Notes: generated from the sequence alone by a model not told the origin. Positions 22,886-34,929 are shown, counted from the first letter of the stretch. The stretch is DNA of 64,000 nt from an uncultured Methanosarcinaceae archaeon (GCA_963727895.1 CAVSHT010000011.1:32001-96000), one strand, 5' to 3'. Translations and numbers: made by a program.

Positions 22886-23134
22886 TTGAGAACCCATTAT
22901 ATTACTGAAAATAAATAATAATTTCCAGAGAACTTCTTGACTCTAAATTATTATTTAGTTAGTATCAAGTCTTGTTTCGGATGGAAAATATAAAATCCTT
23001 GATTGACTTTTTATCTTGAGCGCAAATGCTTGAGCTTTGGAGTCTGTTTAAAGCCGCATTCAATTTTTTTGCAGTGCAGGTTATATCACCGATTTCCCCC
23101 GGCTCAGCCATATGCAGTTGGAGGTATATTAATT

Positions 23135-24787
23135 ATGATATTGAACTCCGTCGGTGAATACTTTGAAAAACAGATGGCTGTAGACCCTGACCATGAATTT
23201 ATAATTTACCCGGATAGGAATCTTCGTTTTACTTATGGGCAATTCAATGAAAGGGTCAATAACCTTGCAAAAGGACTGCTGGCTATCGGAATAGAAAAAG
23301 GGTGACCATGTAGGAATCTGGGCAAAGAATGTTCCTGACTGGCTTACCTTCATGTTTGCCACGGCAAAGATCGGGGCAGTGCTTGTTACTGTAAATACTG
23401 CTTACAAGAGCCATGAAGTAGAATATGTGTTAAAACAGTCTGATATGAGAGCTCTGGCTCTTATTGATAGCTTCAGGGATGTTGATTACCTTGAAATAAT
23501 CAATGAGCTAATCCCTGAACTCAAAACTTCTGAAAGAGGGAGATTGAAAAGTAAAAACTTTCCCTATCTTAAGAGCATAATTTACGTAGGACAGGAAAAG
23601 CACCGGGGTATGTATAACACAAGTGAGCTTTTGCTCCTTGGCAGTCATTATCTTGATGACGAACTCCACGAAATTATGGTCTAGCGTCGACTGTGACGAT
23701 GTTGTCAATATGCAGTATACCTCAGGAACAACGGGATTTCCTAAAGGAGTCATGCTGACCCATAAAAATATATTGAACAATGGACTTTCTATCAGGAGAT
23801 CGCCAGAAGTTCACCATGTAGATAGACTCTGTTTTCCTGTGCCACTTTTTCACTGTTTCGGGATAGTACTCGGAGTCATGGCTATTCTGACTCATAGAGC
23901 AACACTTGTTATGCTCGAAATTTTTGACCCTTTAATGGTACTTGCTGCGGTACATAAAGAGAAATGTACGGCTCTTTACGGCGTGCCAACGATGTTTATT
24001 GCAGAGTATACGCATCCGATGTTTGATTTGTTTGACCTATCGTCTCTCAGAACAGGGATTATGGCAGGTTCGACCTGCCCTGTGGAAGCCATGAAAAAGG
24101 TCGTAAATGATATGCATTGCCATCAGATTACCAGTGTTTACGGACTTACGGAAGCATCTCCTGGTATGACTCAAACTACTGTGGATGATCCTCTAGAACT
24201 TAGAGTCGAAACTGTTGGCAAATGTTTTCCTGAGCGTAGAGGTAAGAGTTGTTGATCCTGATACCAATGAGCCAGTGCCCGTAAATGCTGCAGGAGAGAT
24301 ATGCTGTCGCGGGTATAATGTGATGAAAGGCTACTATAAGATGCCTGAAGAAACTAAAAAAGTTATAGATGAAGACGGCTGGCTTCACAGCGGAGATCTT
24401 GGAACCTGTGACGAAAAGGGTTATTACAGAATCACAGGCAGGATTAAGGACATGATTATCCGGGGAGGAGAAAACATATATCCAAGAGAGATTGAGGAAC
24501 TCCTTCTTACTATGTCCAGAGTTACAGATGTCCAGGTTGTAGGTATCCCTAACAAAAAATACGGGGAAATTGTAGGTGCCTTTGTGATTCTCGAAAAAAG
24601 TGTAGATATTACAGAAGCCGATATAAGGGATTATGCCTTAAGCAAGATCGCTCGCTATAAAGTTCCAAAGTATGTATTTATTGTAGAAGAATTTCCATTG
24701 ACAGCGAGTGGAAAGATTCAAAAATATAGGTTAAGGGAAATGGCTGTGGAACTTTGTAATAAGCAGAATGAAATAGCAGTTGATTAA
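23135..24787 (+). pseudogene. AMP-dependent acyl-CoA synthetase, multiply frameshifted
   Basis: [42 protein letters not shown] in consecutive frames; shifts near 23300, 23680 and 24233. Confidence 0.88.
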
Positions 24788-25074
24788 AGGCAGCATCTGT
24801 TAAAATAGCAGTTGATCAAAAATAATTAACCATAAAGGCAAGTATCAGCCATTTAGATTAATTATTTTTTCGCAAAACCTACTTTGACAATTTTGTTGCT
24901 TTAAGTTTTAAAGCCATTAAAAAATTGAATACTAGCAAATATTATCTAGTGATTATATTTTTTAAGCAGATTGTAAATTGTTTTGCCTATTAGAATTTTT
25001 ACGATAATACAAAAATGATAGGTAATTGAATATTTGACGTAATTTATTATATATACAATTTCAGCATTAGTTGA

Positions 25075-25332
25075 TGTAGTTGCAAGAGAAATGCAAGTGC
25101 ATCTTTGTGTATAGCATATAGGGTTTTTGTAGGGGTTTTTCGATTGAGAGTTCAGGAATCATATAAGGAGCTCTCAATCAATAACAAATAAATTAAATAC
25201 TTGCACTGATTCTCTTACAACTATAGGGAGAATATGGGGGAGTATTCTTCAAGGGGGTTTCACCGATTGAGAGCCTAGGGTCATCAAATAAGGCTCTCAA
25301 TCAATCACCAATCTTTAACTTAATACTTTTTT
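25075..25332 (+). ncRNA. Candidate structured small RNA(s) with a duplicated GATTGAGAG/CTCTCAATC hairpin
   Basis: TATA at about 25047-25055; long outer stem 25077-25098 with 25199-25223; two 12-bp hairpins; T-tract at about 25326. Confidence 0.55.
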
Positions 25333-26017
25333 AACTAACTATCAGAACAATTATAAACTTCACAAGCCTCTAAAGTTTGTTACAGCTTATTAGCCCGGTA
25401 GAATGTATAAAAACCCAAACTGTTCTTGTAATCAAACTCAAATTTTAGAATTGTCCCCATCCATATCTTTAATAAATCTTTCAACGATTTAATTACTGCA
25501 CTATCCTATATAAGTCCTTTGATGAGTCACTTTTGTTAGTGTTTTTACTAACAAATAAAATATATTCATAACAAAACTTCTTCATATTTTATCTCTTGCG
25601 AGAACATATTAATACCGAAAAATTTGAAATTAGTAATTTGTGTCGAGCCTGAGGAGATCAAGGGAGATTCAAGTATTAAAGGCTCAATTTAAAAATAAGG
25701 ATTCTGTTTTGTCTTCAGTTACGAGATAACAATATATCTATTACTTTAAAAAAAGTAAAAGTAGCGATTGAAAATCTAAATATTTGATGGAGACGAGTAT
25801 TAAATAAAAGAAGTTTATTAAAAACTAAAAAAGATATATTTATGTTTATATTTCTGAGTAGATTTTGGCAGGCATTTTATATCAAAACAAAATTTAATAT
25901 TTCTCATTCAAAAAGGGCATTTCACTATTGAATTACAAAAAATTTTGGATCAGGCAGTTAGTAGACATTATACTAAAATTAGTAAAATAAGGACATTGAT
26001 AAGGACATTGAGCAAAG

Positions 26018-28006
26018 ATGAAAACAGAAAAACAAAAATTAATAACTCTACTTTTTTTATTTATATTAATAGGACAGATACTCCCCTTTGTAGAAGCAGC
26101 TCCTGTAGGGACATCTGAATCTACAGTTGTAGCAGCTGCAAAGAGTTGGCTTGGAGTTAAATCTGTTCATGGTGGCAACGACAGATCTGGCATTGATTGT
26201 TCTCACTTAGTATATCAAATATATAAAGAAGCTGGGGCTAAAGATATAATTTTCCAGAAGGTCCCCAGTATGAACAAAAATGCAGATTATGTTAAGACGA
26301 TTTCCCCCACTCCTGGAGATGTAATTTTTTGGCAAAAGGACGTAACCCAAAACGATAAAACATATTGGCTTGCCGCTCATGTGGGAATATACATAGGAAA
26401 CAATCAGTTTATAGACACGTCTTTTGATACAAAAAATGTCGCTATAGAAAGTATTAGTGGAATCTATAAAGATGGAATGCCATACTATGCAAGATGGACC
26501 CCTGCTGGAAGTGCTAATACACCTACACAGACATCCGATGCAATTGACAATAATGATGAAAGTGCTAATTCATCTACACAGATATCTGATGTAACTGACA
26601 ATAATGATGCCAATACACCTGCACAGACACCCGATGTAACTGCTGATAATAACGGTTCAAACCTACCAGTAGCTTCATTCTCTGCAACTCCCAATTCCGG
26701 AAATGCACCATTGAAGGTATCATTTACTGATAGCAGTACCGATGAAACTTCCTGGTTTTGGAAATTTGGAGACGGAAATACCTCAAATGAAAGAAATCCA
26801 ACACATAATTACTCTGAGGCAGGAAACTATACCGTTGTCCTGACAGTAAATAATGGAAATAACGCGAACTCAACAACTCTAAATATAATTGTGCAGCAGG
26901 CTCAGGATCAGGAAACTATTATTCCAGTAACTGATTTTAATGCAAATACAACTAGCGGGTATGCTCCTCTTTCCGTACAATATACAGATATCTCACAAAA
27001 TGAAAATGGATGGAATTGGGACTTTGGAGATGGAAATAACTCAACAGAGCAGAATCCAGTTCATACTTACTCTACAACAGGAACTTATACCGTTACCTTA
27101 ACTGCAACAAATGAAAACGGTACTTCATCAACAAAAAATGCTACAATAATTGTCACACAGCAAGACAGTTCAGACAGTTCAGACAGTGATAGTAGCAGTA
27201 GCAGTAGCAGTAGCAGTAGCAGTAGCAGTAGCAGTAGCAGTAGCAGTAGCAGTAGCAGTAGTGGCAGCAGTAGCAGCAGTGGTGGCGGTGTAGGTGGTTC
27301 CCCTGAGCCTGCAAGTAATGTTCAGGTAAAAGAGATTTCGCAGACTTTTATCCCCAGTGATAAGGAAATAACTTTTAATTTTACACAGAACACAACTTGT
27401 GTTGAATCAATAATATTCAAATTATCAAAAACCGTTGGAAAGACTACTACAATAGTAGAGGAACTGAAAAATAAGTCGACTCTGGTTTCTAAATTACCAG
27501 AAGGTATTGTTTACAAATCATTCAATATATGGGTTGGAAACGGCGGTTATGGTAATTCAAATAATATTGAAAATTCATCGGTCAATTTTAAGGTCAATAC
27601 CTCATGGATACAAGAAAATAATATAAACAAATCATCTATTACACTTAATATATACGATAGTATGAAAAAAGAATGGATAAGGCTTCCAACAAATATAACA
27701 GGTGAAGATAACAAATTTTTGCATTTCACAGCAAATGTTCCTGGATATTCCTTCTTCGCAATAACATGTACAAACAGCGAACATAATGCAATAACTACGA
27801 AACTTCCTCAAACAACCACAAACAATACTGAAAATAGTAATAAAAGCAAAAGAATTAGTACAGATTCTGCTACAGAAAATAATACAAGCACTATTGCAAG
27901 TAAAATAGCTGAAGAAAACAAAAAGACTTCAGGATTTAGTGTAATTAGTGGCATTATCTGTTTACTCTGTACTTTTTGTATAAAACTAAGGAAAGATAAA
28001 AAGTGA
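26018..28006 (+). CDS. Surface protein: NlpC/P60 domain, 2 PKD, Ser linker, PGF-pre-PGF domain, C-terminal anchor
   Basis: Signal peptide; GIDCS, PGDVIF, HVGIYIGNNQFI; WxFGDG twice; GGGVGGSPEP; SGF..TM-KK tail. Confidence 0.88.
   Translation: MKTEKQKLITLLFLFILIGQILPFVEAAPVGTSESTVVAAAKSWLGVKSVHGGNDRSGIDCSHLVYQIYKEAGAKDIIFQKVPSMNKNADYVKTISPTPGDVIFWQKDVTQNDKTYWLAAHVGIYIGNNQFIDTSFDTKNVAIESISGIYKDGMPYYARWTPAGSANTPTQTSDAIDNNDESANSSTQISDVTDNNDANTPAQTPDVTADNNGSNLPVASFSATPNSGNAPLKVSFTDSSTDETSWFWKFGDGNTSNERNPTHNYSEAGNYTVVLTVNNGNNANSTTLNIIVQQAQDQETIIPVTDFNANTTSGYAPLSVQYTDISQNENGWNWDFGDGNNSTEQNPVHTYSTTGTYTVTLTATNENGTSSTKNATIIVTQQDSSDSSDSDSSSSSSSSSSSSSSSSSSSSSSSSGSSSSSGGGVGGSPEPASNVQVKEISQTFIPSDKEITFNFTQNTTCVESIIFKLSKTVGKTTTIVEELKNKSTLVSKLPEGIVYKSFNIWVGNGGYGNSNNIENSSVNFKVNTSWIQENNINKSSITLNIYDSMKKEWIRLPTNITGEDNKFLHFTANVPGYSFFAITCTNSEHNAITTKLPQTTTNNTENSNKSKRISTDSATENNTSTIASKIAEENKKTSGFSVISGIICLLCTFCIKLRKDKK
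27191..27259 (+). repeat. (AGTAGC)n coding repeat giving a poly-Ser linker
   Basis: About 11.5 perfect hexamer units. Confidence 0.95.
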
Positions 28007-28590
28007 AATTTATTTAAGGCATTGAGGGTTATGGATCTTGTCTGGAAATTAAATGGTTTTGGTCCATATTGTCAGATAGGGAACTACCCTCTTGCTTACG
28101 ATTTTATAACTGATATAACAATATTTATAAAAATAATTATTTTAATAGCTAAAATTACTATTTTCCTAAAAGCTTTTGAATTTATTATACTCATTATTCG
28201 CCCTATTTATTCTCGAAAATTCCTGGTAAAAGTTTCATTCTTAATTTGCTGTTTTCTGAAAATAATCAAAACTTACAACAGAGTAAGTTCTCAAGTTTTT
28301 CCAAGCGTATTCTGGAGAATCAACTTATGAATAAGGAAGTAATCATTTACTCGGCTTTGAATTTTTATCTCTGTTGGCTTTATCGACTGCTTCATCAAAT
28401 TTTTAAAGTTAAATACTAGAGTGAGGATACTCTGTATCACAAAACACTAAAGTTGATATAAAAGTCTACTTAAAAATAGAGATATATTTTTTTTTAATTT
28501 AATGGTTTTCTTTATATAGAAAAGCATTGAGTAATGTTACTTTTAGATTATATTTCATAAAATTAAAAAAATAACTTCCTGAGGATTGGA

Positions 28591-30177
28591 ATGATAAATA
28601 TGAAATGCGATGAAACACGAAAAATTTGTGCTCTCACTGGAGTTTTAGGAATAATGATCTTGGTGCTTTTTATGCTGTCAAATATTGCAGGAGCATCTCC
28701 ATTTGCATATATTACAAACCAAGGCGACAACACTGTCTCTGTAATTGATACTGCAACTAACACTGTTACAGCTACTATACCAGTAGGAAGTGGCCCCCTT
28801 GCAATTGCAGTATCTCCAAATGAGACAAAGCTATATGTCGCAAATGCTTACGGCACCGCCACGACATCTGTGATTGATACAGCAAGTAATACTGTTACAG
28901 ATACTATACCTATAGGAGGAACTTGGCCTTATGGAGTTGCAGTTTCTCCAGATGGAACAAAATTGTATATTGCAAAAACCGATAGTAATACTGTCTCTAT
29001 AATCGATATTGCAACAAACACTGTTACAGCTACAGTAAACGTAGATGGTAGTCCTAGAGGAATTGTAGTTTCTCCAGATGGAAAAAAGTTATACGTAACA
29101 AATTATGACAGTAACTGTGTTTCTGTAATCGATACTGCAACAGACACTGTTACAGCCACAGTGAATGTAGGAAATTATCCCTGTGGAATTGCAGTCAGTC
29201 CAGATGGAAAAAAGGTATATGTAACTAATGCCTTCGATGATGACACTGTATATGTCATTGATACAGCGACTAACAGTGTTACAGCTACTGTACCTGTAGG
29301 GTATAGACCCCTTGGAGTTGCAGTCAGTCCAGATGGAAAAGAGGTATACGTAGCTAACAACGGCAACAATACAATCTCAATAATTGACGCAGAAACTAAT
29401 ACTGTTACAGCTACAGTAAACGTAGGATATGCACCTGAAGGAGTTGCAGTTACTCCAGATGATTCAAAAGTATATGTGGCGAATTACGGAAGCAATAATG
29501 TCTCTGTAATCGACACAGTTACAAATAATGTCTCATCCTTGAATGTGGGAAATCGTCCTATTGCCATTGGAAAATTTATAGGGTCACTCTCAGTACAACC
29601 AGTGCTTCCTATTGCAAATTTCAGTACTAATCTAACCAGCGATTATGCTTCCCTAACTGTACAGTTTACAGATACCTCTCAAAATGCAACTTCATGGAAC
29701 TGGGACTTTGGAGATGGAACAAACTCAACTGAACAGAATCCTGTTCATGCTTACTCTACAACAGGAAACTATACGGTTAATCTGACAGTATCCAATGCAA
29801 ACGGTACAAGCTCAACATCAAGTACAATTAATGTTTCAACAAAACCTGTACTTCCTGTTGCTGACTTCAGTGCTAATATAACTAGTGGCTATGCACCTAT
29901 GACAGTTTCATATACTGATACAAGCACGGGAACGCCTAATTCATGGAAATGGAATTTTGGAGATGGATCTCCTCTGGTAACTAAGTATAATCCAACGTAC
30001 ACATATTCAAAAGCTGGCACTTATACAGTAAAAGAAACCGTGAGTAATGCAGCTGGCAAGGATACGGAGATAAATACAAATTATATAACTGTTACTGCTC
30101 CTCTGCAAACTCCAGTTGCTATTATCAGTATCCACAACTCTAGGAAAAGCTCCACTGAAAGTACAGTTCAACTGTAA
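28591..30177 (+). CDS. YVTN beta-propeller plus PKD surface protein, C-terminus degraded
   Basis: Seven YVTN/VSVIDTATN repeats, two PKD domains, frameshifted start of a third PKD. Confidence 0.88.
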   Translation: MINMKCDETRKICALTGVLGIMILVLFMLSNIAGASPFAYITNQGDNTVSVIDTATNTVTATIPVGSGPLAIAVSPNETKLYVANAYGTATTSVIDTASNTVTDTIPIGGTWPYGVAVSPDGTKLYIAKTDSNTVSIIDIATNTVTATVNVDGSPRGIVVSPDGKKLYVTNYDSNCVSVIDTATDTVTATVNVGNYPCGIAVSPDGKKVYVTNAFDDDTVYVIDTATNSVTATVPVGYRPLGVAVSPDGKEVYVANNGNNTISIIDAETNTVTATVNVGYAPEGVAVTPDDSKVYVANYGSNNVSVIDTVTNNVSSLNVGNRPIAIGKFIGSLSVQPVLPIANFSTNLTSDYASLTVQFTDTSQNATSWNWDFGDGTNSTEQNPVHAYSTTGNYTVNLTVSNANGTSSTSSTINVSTKPVLPVADFSANITSGYAPMTVSYTDTSTGTPNSWKWNFGDGSPLVTKYNPTYTYSKAGTYTVKETVSNAAGKDTEINTNYITVTAPLQTPVAIISIHNSRKSSTESTVQL

Positions 30178-30563
30178 AAATTCAGTATGTAGTAATATTG
30201 GGAATAAATAATTATAGAAGTGAAAAAAATGATTTCAAAAAAATCAATAATTATCTACGAGAAAATAATTCAAAAGATTAAGTTTTAAAGGTTTTAAGAG
30301 GATTGGGGGATTTATTTATAAACCACTCTATGAATCAATTTATATAACTGTTCAATGTACAAAATAGAGCTATTGATAACGGATCAATTTAGCTGATCTG
30401 TGAAAATATCAATGGACAAAAAGGAGAAGTAAATTTCCGCAGTTGATGCCATAATCTCAAACATATCTATTATTTGAATTTCATACAAATGTTTATAATT
30501 TTTTGATTTTAGACTCAAATTTGTTCAAAATATGTTCTGAGTAAAAATCAGGAGAGACATTTC

Positions 30564-32462
30564 ATGAAAAATTCAAAAACTATCATGGTAATATGTATCC
30601 TCATTCTTTTTTTTCTTGTGTTAAGTAGCTCTACCGCTTTGGCGGCGAATATCGTAATTGACAAGCAAGCTGGATCAGATGGATCAAACGTTTTTCACAC
30701 GCCCAATTATGCAAATGATGCAGCTTGCATTCAAGTGGCACTAGATCAATCAAAAAGTGGAGATACGATTACTATACGCAAAGGAGATTATTATATCACA
30801 AAAGGAATTTCTCAAAAAAATAAAAATCTGAATCTAATAGGCGAAGGGAAAGTAACTCTTCACATTAAGACTTCTAGTAAAGAAATTAACGATATTTATT
30901 TTGGCGGTTCACTAATCACAAGCAAAATCCTCTCTACTAATGTTAAAAAAGACTCTTCTAAAGTGATTTTAACTGATGCTTTTAAAGTCCGCAAAAATGA
31001 CTTGATTAAAATTTGGAAAAATATTCAGTGGTGTCCTTTAAATTATCCTGATAATTACCCCAATCAAATGACAGGGGAAATATATGCTGTTAAAAGTGTA
31101 GATGGAAATGTCGTTACCTTAAATCAACCAATTCTTAGGAACTACAACTTATCTGAGACTGTAAAGGTTGAAGTGTATAGGCCTGTTGAAATAAATATAA
31201 AGAATATAAGGCTAGAGGATACAGGCGCGACGATGTTACATCATGGACTGGCTATGCAATATTGTAAAGACAGCTCAGCCACTAACTCCTGGTTCAATAA
31301 TAACGGATTTGGTGCTATTTGTTTATATTCCTGTTTTAATGTAAGTGTTAATAATAATAAAATTTACAATTCGGTTCGTCCCAATTGTGGATACGGTGTC
31401 GACGTAAGTAGCGGTTCAGCTTTTGTAAATATTGAAAATAATCACATAGAAAATTGCAGGCATGCTATAACAGGTAATTCAGCTGAACTTAAATCTCTAA
31501 ATCGAGATGTCTTTATCGCTTATAACACCTTGATCGGCGCTAAGATCACTGGTTCCAATGTTGTTGATGCTCACGTAGATACCATTAATTTTGTTGTAAC
31601 TAAAAATAAGATCTACCCACAAATAGCAGCTGATACCCCCAAGTATTATGCATCTGCAAATTATCGGCGCATACAAGAACTTCCATACTATTTTGCATTT
31701 GCAGATGGGACACAACAATCCACTTTTTCTAACAATTATGTTTATGGAGGATTTGGAGGTATATTTAAACGTGGAACCTTAAATGGTGGAGTACACATTT
31801 ACGAAAATAATACATTTACTGACATATCAAGTAATATGTATGAGGGAGGAAATGGAACAGATAATACACTTATTATAAGAAATAATACTCAAAACAGTGG
31901 AATGCATGGAATTATTTTCCCATTCCATGGAAGTTTCAAGAATATATTAATAAGTGGAAACACTTTTAGCAATCTCTCATATCAAGGAATGTATCAGAAG
32001 TTTCTAATAAACGGAGTAAACTTAAATGTCTCTAAAAACACTTTTAGAAATTTAAAAAGAGAAGGAATCTATGTAGATGGAAACTCTTTCAAAAATGGCG
32101 TTGTAAAAATCCAAAATAATACTTTCGTAAATGTGAGTACATCGAATTCATCTTCAGGAATCACAATCAAAAATATTAAAAATCCCGTAATTAGTGGAAA
32201 CAAGATATTCAAAACTCCAGTTGCTGCTTTTTCTGCATCCAAAACTACAGGAAATGCACCTTTGAAAGTACAGTTTACTGACAAGAGCACAGGAACACCA
32301 ACTTCATGGAAATGGAGTTTTGGCGATGGAACATATTCAACCCAGAAAAACCCTGTACATAAGTACAGTAAAGCTGGAAACTATACTGTTAGTTTAACTA
32401 TAAAAAATGCAGCAGATAGTAACATTAAGAAAATCTCGAATTATATCAAAGTGAAAAAATGA
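30564..32462 (+). CDS. Secreted right-handed beta-helix protein with C-terminal PKD domain
   Basis: Signal peptide, IQVALD..KSGDTI..KGDY, Asn-ladder repeats, WKWSFGDG. Confidence 0.82.
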   Translation: MKNSKTIMVICILILFFLVLSSSTALAANIVIDKQAGSDGSNVFHTPNYANDAACIQVALDQSKSGDTITIRKGDYYITKGISQKNKNLNLIGEGKVTLHIKTSSKEINDIYFGGSLITSKILSTNVKKDSSKVILTDAFKVRKNDLIKIWKNIQWCPLNYPDNYPNQMTGEIYAVKSVDGNVVTLNQPILRNYNLSETVKVEVYRPVEINIKNIRLEDTGATMLHHGLAMQYCKDSSATNSWFNNNGFGAICLYSCFNVSVNNNKIYNSVRPNCGYGVDVSSGSAFVNIENNHIENCRHAITGNSAELKSLNRDVFIAYNTLIGAKITGSNVVDAHVDTINFVVTKNKIYPQIAADTPKYYASANYRRIQELPYYFAFADGTQQSTFSNNYVYGGFGGIFKRGTLNGGVHIYENNTFTDISSNMYEGGNGTDNTLIIRNNTQNSGMHGIIFPFHGSFKNILISGNTFSNLSYQGMYQKFLINGVNLNVSKNTFRNLKREGIYVDGNSFKNGVVKIQNNTFVNVSTSNSSSGITIKNIKNPVISGNKIFKTPVAAFSASKTTGNAPLKVQFTDKSTGTPTSWKWSFGDGTYSTQKNPVHKYSKAGNYTVSLTIKNAADSNIKKISNYIKVKK

Positions 32463-32698
32463 TCTCAAAAAATCAATGATTCTCTGAAGGAAAAATAAAG
32501 AATATTAAATTAAGAGGAGTGGGGTTTATTTATAAATTATTTTAAGAATAAATTTTATTAAAGACTTTTTCTGCTAGATTCTCGCAACTGAAGAAGATAC
32601 AGTATACATAATTTAATAGAGTTATATACTTTATTCCATATGCTTCTATTTTGAATAACTTAAAGATTCTTTTCCGCTTTCAGTTTAAGAATCTACTT

Positions 32699-33231
32699 TT
32701 ATCGTTCTATCTTGCCTAAATCTGTTATTAACCAATATAAGGCCAAAACAACTATTACTCCCATTCCCAGAGCATTTCAGGGATTGAAGAAGACGAGAAA
32801 TGAAATGTAAAAGAATTTTTGAACATTTCTATAATACGTTCCATCCCATTTGCCTCCATGTGGTCTTTAGGGAACTTCAATCCAAAAAGAGGCCAGAATA
32901 GAGTTTTAGGACTTTCCCACATCTGATCTTCCATAAGATGGAAGAAAAAGCCAAAAGCAAGGGTAAGAACCCGGACATCTTTTCTCTTTTTGTATATGTG
33001 TAAACCCACAATGAAGAGAGAAAGAGAGAACAATAAAATGTGACCTATAATACGTCCGCTTGCAAAAGTAGAAGCAAATATAACCATTCCTACCGGTTTG
33101 TCTATTAAATCGGGCAGAAGGGCTCCAATAGCTAAGTACTTTGGATCTATAATATTCCTCAGTCGAGGTATTAGGAGTTCAAGTCCAAAAAATATACCTA
33201 ATGTGACACCGATGTGTCCAAAAAGAAGCAC
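32699..33231 (-). CDS. Membrane-bound metal-dependent hydrolase (YdjM-like); last TM helix frameshifted
   Basis: GH, LPDLIDKP, GH, HL..D motifs; alternate frame continues LGMGVIVVLALYW. Confidence 0.7.
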
Positions 33232-34026
33232 TGAAAAACCTCACTAGAACATAAAATTATTAAATGATCTTTCCCGACTTATGTATTTGAGAAGTAAAAT
33301 AAAGCACGGGTGAATCTATAATTATAAGCACAATTCTTAGAAGTCTCATAATATTTGATTTCAGTTTAAGAATGTCAGTCAGATCAAACCCCCATAGTAA
33401 ATTAGTTGAGAAAGTTTAAAAACTTATTTTAAAATTCGATGCAGTTTATTTTTTTTTGTATTATAGACTTGTGAGTTTATTTGTAATGATCTTTGTAGCT
33501 ACACATGTACACACCATATTCATTGTCGACTATATGCACTTCTTGTTGACTCACTATCAACGATTGTAAAATAAAAAACGTAAAATATAAGCTTTCTTAT
33601 ATATAAAAAATTTTTTAGAGTTACCGTTAAAAAAGAAGCTTTTTTTACAATTTAATACACATTAGATTAGAATATAATAACTTTAATACTTATTAAAACC
33701 AAAATAAAAGCTTTTTACTAAAAAGAGCCCTATTTGTACTTTTATTATTGAATTTACAACCTGCAGGACCCAAATATAAAAAAGAAATTATAAAGACCAC
33801 AAATAAGGTGGTAAAATAAAGCTGTCGATAAGCCTTTTAAATTTGTTTATGTGTTTCTTATTAATTTGCGTTTATGGCATAATCCAATAGACTATTGCTC
33901 CTACAGACTCATTGATAAAGTTTATAATTCTGAATAGTGACCAAATATTTGTTTTAATCGGAAGGCTAATCTTGGAGTTAGGGCATAGGATTAACAAAGA
34001 CTATTGAGGGGTCTGGTGCATAGTCA

Positions 34027-34929
34027 GTGAATGAAAATGAACTTGATGAAGTAAGGACTATTGAAGAAGGATTCAAGAAAGCGTATAGTGAAGATATAAG
34101 GGGAACAATACAGGCTGTTAACAAACTCAAAGATTTTGCTTTCCAGTTAATTCACCAGGATGCAAATGCTGAAAATGAAATGGACATAAAAGCACTCGTG
34201 ATCTCAATCGGAGATATAGCAAAGGTAGCTGCTGAAAAAGGAATGGAACAAGCATGTATGGCTTCAGGTCGTGCTCTTGGAGATATAGTTCTTGAGGCTG
34301 CCAGCCAGAAAAAAGAGCCAATTGCTATAAAGACTTTGTCCATTGTTGGGAGTCTTGCTTTGGATTTTGCTGAAAAAAGACTCAATGCAGCAACCAAAGT
34401 TACATCCCGAGCACTTGGGAAGTGTGGAAAACAGTCTTCCATGATGAAAATGGAAACCCTGACAAGTCTTTCTGAGATTTACCTCATGCAGGTATCCTTG
34501 AAATCCTTAGATAAAAACCTTCCTGACACAGGAATTGTTTCTATAGGTTTTCTTGGTGAGATCGGAGTTTTTTCGGCTGATCAGTCAATAGAAACGAGTC
34601 CGCTGGAAACTACAATCATCCTTGAAGATATAAGCAATATCGCTATAAGGGAAAATAACGAGTTATATGTAAAAGCAGTAATTGAAGCACTCGAAAAACT
34701 TAGCACTGCGACCTCTTATCATGGCTTGAAAAAGGTACTTATCCAGATAGCGTGGTCTCTGGAAACTATCCGGCTGCTCACTTTAGAACGTGGAATGAAA
34801 GAAGCTTGCTTTGCTGCAAATTCTGCTCTTGAATCCGTTAATACTACAGGATTGCTTGATGAAGAACAGAACCTGGAAAAAATAAGGGAAATAAAAAAAT
34901 TTCATTCTTTTGTCCTGAAAAAGGGTTAA
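34027..34929 (+). CDS. Hypothetical alpha-helical repeat protein
   Basis: 300-aa ORF with helical repeats. Confidence 0.7.
   Translation: MNENELDEVRTIEEGFKKAYSEDIRGTIQAVNKLKDFAFQLIHQDANAENEMDIKALVISIGDIAKVAAEKGMEQACMASGRALGDIVLEAASQKKEPIAIKTLSIVGSLALDFAEKRLNAATKVTSRALGKCGKQSSMMKMETLTSLSEIYLMQVSLKSLDKNLPDTGIVSIGFLGEIGVFSADQSIETSPLETTIILEDISNIAIRENNELYVKAVIEALEKLSTATSYHGLKKVLIQIAWSLETIRLLTLERGMKEACFAANSALESVNTTGLLDEEQNLEKIREIKKFHSFVLKKG

Noticed and set aside
25075..25310. Mini CRISPR array
   Set aside because: Only two palindromic units with variable internal loops; no repeat-spacer periodicity or cas genes
28022..28330. 102-aa ORF
   Set aside because: AT-rich, no motifs or SD; probably spurious
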